Assembly: GCA_002269645.1 (NCBI GenBank)
Contig: NIVC01004115.1
Coordinates: forward strand, 1-60,027
DNA from: Macrostomum lignano
Taxonomy: Eukaryota
Length of the DNA stretch: 60,027 nt
Direction of reading: 5' to 3'
The notes below the pieces were generated by a model that ran no database searches, was not told the DNA's origin, and saw nothing but the letters and a program-made list of their open reading frames with translations. Positions 48,770-60,027 of this stretch are shown piece after piece. A program made the translations under genes and the position numbers. Within the stretch, counting starts at the first letter, position 1. Each line of letters begins with the position of its first letter.

Positions 48770-51700
48770 ATGCGACTGGCAGTCACTGGGCTGCTCCTGA
48801 CCGGCCTCCTGACACTGGCGCAGTGCCAGGCTGACCGACTGACCGATGGTCTGCGGCCTGAGTTCTGTAAGCTTCTTGAGCTCTGAAGCATTGCCTGTTT
48901 ACACTGAAGCATTGCCTGTTTACACTGAAGCACTGCCTGTTTACACTGAAGCACTGCCTGTTTACACTGAAGCATTGCCTGTTTACACTGAAGCATTGCC
49001 TGTTTACACTGAAGCATTGCCTGTTTACACTGAAGCATTGCCTGTTTACACTGAAGCATTGCCTGTTTACACTGAAGCATTGCCTGTTTGCACTGAAGCA
49101 TTGCCTGTTTACACTGAAAAGCACTGCCTGTTTACACTGAAGCATTGCCTGTTTACAGTAAAGCATTGCCTGTTTGCAGTAAAGCATTGCCTGTTTGCAG
49201 TAAAGCATTGCCTGTTTGCAGTAAAGCATTGCCTGTTTGCAGTAAAGCATTGCCTGTTTGCAGTAAAGCATTGCCTGTTTGCAGTAAAGCAATATGACTG
49301 ACTGACTGACTGACTGACTGACTGACTGACTGACTGACTGACTGACTGACTGACTGACTGACTGACTGACTGACTGACTGACTGACTGACTGACTGACTG
49401 ACTGACTGACTGACTGACTGACTGACTGACTGACTGACTGACTGACTGACTGACTGACTGACTGACTGACTGACTGACTGACTGACTGACTGACTGACTG
49501 ACTGACTGACTGACTGACTGACTGACTGACTGACTGACTGACTGACTGACTGACTGACTGACTGACTGACTGACTGACTGACTGACTGACTGACTGACTG
49601 ACTGACTGACTGACTGACTGACTGACTGACTGACTGACTGACTGACTGACTGACTGACTGACTGACTGACTGACTGACTGACTGACTGACTGACTGACTG
49701 ACTGACTGACTGACTGACTGACTGACTGACTGACTGACTGACTGACTGACTGACTGACTGACTGACTGACTGACTGACTGACTGACTGACTGACTGACTG
49801 ACTGACTGACTGACTGACTGACTGACTGACTGACTGACTGACTGACTGACTGACTGACTGACTGACTGACTGACTGACTGACTGACTGACTGACTGACTG
49901 ACTGACTGACTGACTGACTGACTGACTGACTGACTGACTGACTGACTGACTGACTGACTGACTGACTGACTGACTGACTGACTGACTGACTGACTGACTG
50001 ACTGACTGACTGACTGACTGACTGACTGACTGACTGACTGACTGACTGACTGACTGACTGACTGACTGACTGACTGACTGACTGACTGACTGACTGACTG
50101 ACTGACTGACTGACTGACTGACTGACTGACTGACTGACTGACTGACTGACTGACTGACTGACTGACTGACTGACTGACTGACTGACTGACTGACTGACTG
50201 ACTGACTGACTGACTGACTGACTGACTGACTGACTGACTGACTGACTGACTGACTGACTGACTGACTGACTGACTGACTGACTGACTGACTGACTGACTG
50301 ACTGACTGACTGACTGACTGACTGACTGACTGACTGACTGACTGACTGACTGACTGACTGACTGACTGACTGACTGACTGACTGACTGACTGAATTTCAA
50401 CTTTTCAGACCGCCAAACAACCATGAAGACTGGCTCTAGCCATCACAGCAGACGTCGGTTCACTTGGCAGGCAAAGAAATTAAAGACCATAAAGTTTCCA
50501 GAAAGGAGGAAAGGACGGAACGGCGTAAAAGAAAAAACTCGGATGCAAAAAAAGAAAAACAGAAAGTTCAAAGGAAATAAGGGAACAAAGAAAGTTGGAA
50601 AGAGGAAAAGCCTGAGGGCCGGAAAGAGAAGACCGAGGGTTAGAAAGAGCAGGGTATGCATATAGAGAAGTCCCTGGAAAGAGGATGAGACTGAGGGCCG
50701 GAAAGAGGAGAAGACGGAAAGGACGGAAGGTTGGAAGGAGGAATGGCCGGGAGGGTAGGACACAATGAAAAAACGATTTTAACCCTGGTTTCTAATTCTC
50801 TGAATTAATGTTTCGATTTTCGACAATTTCAGCTGGGAGCACCGCCAGCGGCTATGAGACGAAGACAGTTGTGTGTGAGTGGGCTTCACAGCTGCGCCTG
50901 CTTCCGGTGCCATGCTCACACTAGCTCCCATCACACCAGCTCCCATCACACCAGCTCCCATCACACCAGCTCCCATCACACCAGCTCCCATCACACCAGC
51001 TCCCATCACACCAGCTCCCATCACACCAGCTCCCATCACACCAGCTCCCATCACACCAGCTCCCATCACACCAGCTCCCATCACACCAGCTCCCATCACA
51101 CCAGCTCCCATCACACCAGCTCCCATCACACCAGCTCCCATCACACCAGCTCCCATCACACCAGCTCCTATCACACCAGCTCCCATCACACCAGCTCCCA
51201 TCACACCAGCTCCCATCACACCAGCTCCCATCACACCAGCTCCCATCACACCAGCTCCCATCACACCAGCTCCCATCACACCAGCTCCCATCACACCAGC
51301 TCCCATCACACCAGCTCCCATCACACCAGCTCCCATCACACCAGCTCCCATCACACCAGCTCCCATCACACCAGCTCCCATCACACCAGCTCCCATCACA
51401 CCAGCTCCCATCACACCAGCTCCCATCACACCAGCTCCCATCACACCAGCTCCCATCACACCAGCTCCCATCACACCAGCTCCCATCACACCAGCTCCCA
51501 TCACACCAGCTCCAATCACACCAGCTCCCATCACACCAGCTCCCATCACACCAGCTCCAATCACACCGACATTCCAGCGGAGGCCCGCAGCGTCGGCTGC
51601 TTCAAGGACTCGGCCAGCCATCGTGACCTCCCGGTGCGCGGTGGCAGCGGGTCCGCAATGACAACTGAAAAGTGCATACAGTCGTGCACCGCCAAGATGC

Positions 51701-51867
51701 ACAGGTACTTCGGCCTGCAGTCCGGCACCGACTGCTGGTGCGGCGACAGCTACGGAAAGCATGGCCCGGCTGTGGATGCCAAGTGCGACAAGAAGTGCGG
51801 CGGGAACGGCGGCCAGCGGTGCAGTGGCAGCCTGTTTAACAGCGTCTTCGACGCCGGGAAGCCCTGA
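48770..51867 (+). CDS. Secreted WSC-domain protein (minimal model 128 aa; extended model 458 aa with K/R-rich and (SSHHT)n segments)
   Basis: Exon 1 48770-48866 MRLAVTGLLLTGLLTLAQCQADRLTDGLRPEF, donor T|GTAAGC, phase 1. WSC exon from 51578 (ccAG|CG, phase 1) to TGA 51867, SVGCFKD...DCWCGDSYG...CDKKCGG...RCSG with 8 Cys. Alternative path through 50409-50653 and 50833-51867 is also in frame. Confidence 0.8.
48885..49290. repeat. 21-bp minisatellite ACTGAAGCATTGCCTGTTTAC
   Basis: Intron 1 of the second WSC gene. Confidence 0.95.
49296..50393. repeat. (GACT)n microsatellite, ~1.1 kb
   Basis: Uninterrupted tetranucleotide run. Confidence 0.99.
50920..51567 (+). repeat. 15-bp repeat ACCAGCTCCCATCAC (~43 copies)
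   Basis: Stop-free in all three plus frames; reads TSSHH in the WSC frame. Confidence 0.98.
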
Positions 51868-52346
51868 GCTTCGATTGAATGAAAAAAAATCTAAATGAAA
51901 CTTTTAACTATCCGAGCATATACGCAAAAGAAAATTCATGCTTATACTCGTAAACCAGTTAAAAAATGTTTAATCTTATTTGAAAGGCATAAGCCGACGT
52001 TTTGCTCTGAGAAGACTTGCTACATTAAGTAACAGTTACTAAGAAATCAAGTAAGCGACTTCTAAAATGTACTTTTAAAAACGTGGCTCAGAGAGCTTCG
52101 ACAGCTAGCTGGCTTAGCGGGGGAGGAAACTTCAGTCTATGGCTGTCAGTCTGGCCAGCCTCAAAGCTGCCGTCTATGGCCGAAAGCGCGCGGCGCGGCC
52201 TGTAGCAGTCGGACCCTCCCTAGGAGCCAGAAACCAGCGCTCGGTTGCAGTCAAACAGGAGCAGCAAGCCCAGGAGAGCCAAGGCCCCCCCTTAAGCCAC
52301 AGCAACACTTCAGTCGATCCCGAAAGCAGTCGGACCACAAATCGCC

Positions 52347-52805
52347 ATGTGCCGCCAAGTCGCCCTGAGCTGGAGGCCCACCCGCTGCGGTGAGATCCCC
52401 GACCGAGCCATCATCCTGGGCTCCAGCGTGCACATCGGCCGGGCCAAGCACGAGAACGAGGTGATCCCCGGCACCGGCATCCACGGCCAGCTGTACGTGC
52501 CCTACTGCGGCGAGGAGCACTGCCACGAGGACTACGAGGTGCTCTGCGACACCGCCCTGCAGTGCTTCGGCCAGGGCTACGAGTGGTGCCCCATCGACGC
52601 CAAATGCGAGCCGGTCAACGTGCCGCCCACGGCCGTCATCGGCGGGCACACGGCCTGCAAGCAGCCGATCTACATCGCCAGGGCCTGCATCAACGGTGAG
52701 TGGTGCGTCGGCAAGCTGAGCGAGGGCCAGTCCATCGCCTGCTTCCCGTACGGCGGCAAGGAGGTGCCCCTGGAGGAGTACGACCTTCTGGTGTACTGCC
52801 CCTGA
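52347..52805 (+). CDS. DM9-repeat (DUF3421) protein, lectin-like, 152 aa
   Basis: Two DM9 repeats (W...GEIPDRAI...IGRAKHENEVIPG...YVPYCG.EH..EDYEVL and W...VPPTAVIGG...IYIARA...VGK...FPYGGKE...EYDLL); single exon; no signal peptide. Confidence 0.85.
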   Translation: MCRQVALSWRPTRCGEIPDRAIILGSSVHIGRAKHENEVIPGTGIHGQLYVPYCGEEHCHEDYEVLCDTALQCFGQGYEWCPIDAKCEPVNVPPTAVIGGHTACKQPIYIARACINGEWCVGKLSEGQSIACFPYGGKEVPLEEYDLLVYCP

Positions 52806-54034
52806 AGTGGCGGCCGCCGCGGCGCGAGATTTTCTGTTTGACCAAGATCCGCCCACCGCTGGGCTTCAGTGACTGACAACCAAGAGACTTTAAATGACCG
52901 AAAAAACATTTTTATGTTGTCAACAAACAAAAGAGGAAGGCGGCTGTTTCGAATACACAGAACTCTTTTGCTGTGATTTGATTTTTTAAACAGTTTTTTA
53001 AGACTTTGACTCCTTTCCAGATTTCAAAAATAGAATTGTCTCTAGGGGCCAGCCGTAAACTTACCTGCCAAGTTGAAACTCTAAACGGTTTTGAGTCAAT
53101 CCTGTGTACAGCCTGCTTTTGAAGGCCAAACTTGACTAATTCAGATCGGGTTCAAGGGGTTCAAGGACATCCTGGAGGTTAAAGGACGCTCGGAATTCCA
53201 CGGATCGGGGCTTTGGGATCAGAGCTCAGGATTGAGCTATTCGGGGTCAAGAGTTGCTCCCACGGAGCTGGTGGGTTCTAGGTTCAGGTATTCAGGATTC
53301 TGCGTTCAGGTGGGACGGTCTTGCAGTCTACCCTACCGGCGAGGACAGACGCGCACTCGGGTTTGGTTTTCAGGGGGTCAGAGGTACATCAGGGGCTCAT
53401 CAGAGGTTCCTAAAAGGCTCATGAGGGCTCAGAGGTTCCTAAAAGGCTCATGAGGGCTCAGAGGTACATCAGGGGCTTATCAGAGGTTCCTCAAAGGCTC
53501 ATCAGGGGATCAGAGGTACATCAGCGGCTCATCAGGGGCTCATCAGGGGCTCAGGGGTTCATCAGGGGCTCAGAGGATCATCAGGGTTCCAGAGACATAA
53601 TTTTTGGTCCCGTGCTGGCAAAGCGAATTCGAATGCCGCTGAGATATTTAGCAGTGCATTATCATAGCAGACCTATCAGTTAGCGCTGATGAGGCACTCA
53701 GCATCCGCAACGGGGCCAATCTCGTGCCCCAAAGCGACCGGACCCCGCAGCCTGGTCAAGCACCTCTCCCAGGGGACCTGGCTGCCTCTCCTCGCTTCTC
53801 CAACTTGCAACGAAAGCTTCAGCTACCCTCCGCGATAAAAATGTAAATTTACCGAGGCGAAAAAGTTAGTGAGAGTATAGCTGAGGTCTCAAATTGCTCA
53901 GCCCCTGCTCACGTTGAGCGCCAGTTACGTTTGAGCAGGCTTACTCAGCCAGCACTGAGCCGTTGCAGAGCGCGCAGCTCAGATCTGGGCGACATCAAAA
54001 GCAGCCGAAAGCTGGCAGTCGTCAAACTTAAGTC

Positions 54035-54850
54035 CGAGAGGGAGATGGGAGCGAGAGATGGGAGATGTGAGTTAGAGGGGAGATGGGAGTGAGAGGGGAG
54101 ATGTGAGTAAGAGGGGAAATGGGAATGAAAGGGGAGATAGGAGTGAGAGGGGAGATGTGAGTTAGAGGGGAGATGTGAGTGAGAGGGGAGATGTGAGTAA
54201 GAGGGGAGATGGGAGTGAGAGGGGAGATGGGAGTGAGAGGGGAGATGTGAGTGAGAGGGGAGATGTGAGTGAGAGGGGAGATGGGAGTGAGAGGGGAGAT
54301 GGGAGTGAGAGGGGAGATGTGAGTGAGAGGGAGATGGGAGTAAGAGGGGAAATGGGAATGAAAGGGGAGATAGGAGTGAGAGGGGAGATGTGAGTGAGAG
54401 GGGAGATGTGAGTGAGAGGAGAGATGGGAGTGAGAGGGGAGATGGGAGTGAGAGGGGAGATGGGAGTGAGAGGGGAGATGGGAGTGAGAGGGGAGATGGG
54501 AGTGAGAGGGGAGATGTGAGTGAGATGGGAGATGTGAGTGAGAGGGGAGATGGGAGTGAGAGGGGAGATGGGAGTGAGAGGTGAGATGGGATTGAGAGGT
54601 GAGATGGGAGTGAGAGGGGAGATGGGAGTGAGAGGAGAGATCGGAGTGAGAGGGGAGATGGGAGTGAGAGGTGAGATGGGAGTGAGAGGGGAGATGGGAG
54701 TGAGAGGGGAGATGTGAGTGAGAGGGAGATGTGAGTGAGAGGGGAGATGGGAGTGAGAGGAGAGATCGGAGGGAGAGGGGAGATGGGAGTGAGAGGGGAG
54801 ATTGGAGTTAGAGGGGAGATGGGAGTGAGAGGGGAGATGGGAGTGAGAGG
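54035..54850. repeat. Purine-rich 18-bp minisatellite GAGTGAGAGGGGAGATGG
   Basis: Direct inspection. Confidence 0.95.
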
Positions 54851-55544
54851 GTTAGTGGAGAGAAGGTAGAGAGAGGGTGCTACGAAAGGTAAGAGAATGG
54901 CAGAGATCGGGGAGAGGTAAGGGAAGAGTAGGGAGGGAGATGGATAAATGACTGGTAGTGTGGGTTAGAGAGATGGAGGTAGGGGCCGAGGGGAGAAATA
55001 TGAAGAAGGGAAAAGGACAAGGAGAGGGGAGATTGGAGGGAGAGGAGAAGGGAGGTGGGATGAAAGGGGGTGAAGAGATGGCAGGTTGGAGCGGCTTGGA
55101 GACTTCACAGATCTTGGCAATGCCCGAAAGCATTATGAAGTCCCTTTACTTCAGCGGGAGAGAAATGCAGATTAACAAAGAAAAGGCTAAATGGTCAATT
55201 TTTCATAAGCTAATGATAGAACACGCAGGCAAACAGCTGCCTGTCGGGGCGCATCTTCTCTCGGATTCGCCGGGACCGGGCGATTTGCATTTCTTCAGCC
55301 GGGACTCCCGAGGGACTCCCGCTTGATGGCGGGGAGACAAATTTTGCAAATTTTTATGCCCTCGCGAAGCAGCAGGGAGCGGCGCTTGCCCGTTTTTTTC
55401 CAGATAGATGAAGCTGGTCGGGGGAGGCTGGGATGATGGATGATTGGCGCGGCACCCGAGCTGGGGGCTCCTGTTGAATTTCGGCTGTTTAAATATAAAA
55501 ATGCCAGGAATTGAGAGACTGCGGGATCCGACTGACAGCTCATC

Positions 55545-58790
<3,246 letters not shown>

Positions 58791-58844
58791 GTGAGCTGGG
58801 ATTGAAAACTGATAGGGATTCGAATTGGATGGGTGGATTTTTTA

Positions 58845-59480
58845 GAGATGGGAAATTTAGTGATTGGGAATAATAGGGAATGGGACAATCGGAGATGAGA
58901 GAGTTGGAGATGGGAGAATTGGAGATGGGAGAATCGGGGATGGGAGAGTTGAAGATTGAGAGTTGGAGATGGGAGAATCGGGATGGGAGAGTTGGAGATT
59001 TGAGAGTTGGAGACTTGAGAGTTGGAGATGGGAGAATCGAGATGGGAGAGTTGGAGATTTGAGAGTTGGAGATTTGAGAGTTGGAGATGGGAGAATCGGG
59101 ATGGAGAGTTGGAGATTTGAGAGTTGGAGATGGGAGAATCGGGATGGGAGAGTTGGAGATTTGAGAGTTGGAGATGGGAGAATCGGGGATGGGAGAGTTG
59201 GAGATTTGAGAGTTGGAGATGGGAGAATCGGGATGGGAGAGTTGGAGATTTGAGAGTTGGAGATTTGAGAGTTGGAGATGGGAGAATCGGGATGGAGAGT
59301 TGTGGAGATTTGAGAGTTGGAGATGGGAGAATCGGGATGGGAGAGTTGGAGATTTGAGAGTTGGAGATTTGAGAGTTGGAGATGGGAGAATCGGGATGGG
59401 AGAGTTGGAGATTTGAGAGTTGGAGATGGGAGAATCGGGATGGGAGAGTTGGAGATTTGAGAGTTGGAGATGGGAGAATC
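58845..59480. repeat. Purine-rich minisatellite (gagagttggagatgggagaatcgggatgg)
   Basis: Direct inspection. Confidence 0.9.
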
Positions 59481-59519
59481 TGGATGGGAGAAAGAGCCTT
59501 AAGAGCCAAAGAGCCCTAG

Positions 59520-59995
59520 TGCACAAGTGCTGGCGGGAAACCGAGGATGGAAGACCCATGGCCTCGCTAGGAGTCAGGTACAGGACTAGGAAGATGTATA
59601 GGAAGTATAGGAAGATGGGTTCGACCGCAGCTCAGTGCTCAGAAGATGCGGAGTTTGAGCTTGTCGTCCATCGATGAGTGAAGACAGGACTGAGCTGGTC
59701 AGCTGCCCTCCAAGCTTGCCAGTCCGCAATGATGTCATCTGGAGAGGCGAAAAGACAGCCGAGGTAGCGGAAGTCCCGGCACTCTGCAATGGTGCCACCG
59801 CTAGGGAGGATCAGAGCAGGAGCACCCGCGAGGCGGGTAAGGGTGTGCTGAGCGGCCTCCGGGTCACGGCAGGAGAGGGCGATGTCCTCAGCAAAGGCAA
59901 TCGTGACACTGAGGAAACGGTAGGCTCTTGCGGCGCGTGCATCGTCTTCTTTCTCGAGCGCGCGGCGGAGAACGTAATCGAGCTCCTCTCTAATC
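59520..59995 (-). mobile_element. Degenerate RTE-type non-LTR retrotransposon RT fragment
   Basis: Minus strand LDYVLRRAL...IAFAEDIAL...FRYLG...QAWRAADQLSPVF, then frameshifted KLKLRIF and AVEPIFLY; catalytic ADD is mutated to AED. Confidence 0.7.
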
Positions 59996-60027
59996 GGGAT
60001 GTGGGAATCAGCGATGGGAGATTTTGA

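Noticed and set aside
50779-51762. Collagen-like (GAGVM)n minus-strand ORF and mucin-like (PAPIT)n plus-strand ORF
   Set aside because: These are alternative frames of the 15-bp repeat; neither connects to a signal exon or domain.
53684-53740. Hammerhead ribozyme (CTGATGAG followed by a GGCAC/GTGCC stem)
   Set aside because: The required GAAA after stem II is absent (CCAAA) and stems I and III are not evident.

Overview
This is eukaryotic (metazoan) genomic DNA, not prokaryotic. It has GC-rich exons with GT-AG introns, and almost every intron is filled by its own mini- or microsatellite. That style and the gene content suggest a free-living flatworm such as Macrostomum (inference only). Genes reconstructed by hand from splice sites and reading phase: (1) minus strand, 12855->1818: a three-exon gene for a ~2,800-aa secreted protein made of a signal peptide, a WSC carbohydrate-binding domain, a basic linker and ~30 identical 83-aa repeats that are 58% Arg/Lys and 34% Val/Ile with no acidic residue. 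The ORF track shows only the last exon, so this architecture is hidden there; it is the main finding. (2) ROGDI homolog (minus, 5 exons). (3) Delta-like Notch ligand (plus, 5 exons; MNNL-DSL-3xEGF-TM) with a divergent DSL domain. (4) DDX3/PL10/Vasa-like DEAD-box helicase (minus, 3 exons). (5) An orphan 238-aa ORF. (6) A second signal peptide + WSC gene that may include K/R-rich and (SSHHT)n exons. (7) A DM9-repeat protein. (8) The 5' part of a neprilysin/M13 peptidase. Mobile DNA: an internally deleted Ty3/gypsy LTR element with TSD and PBS, two CORE-type SINE copies, several MITEs, a Crypton-like recombinase remnant and an RTE-type LINE fragment. All gene models are manual and need RNA evidence; no database searches were run.
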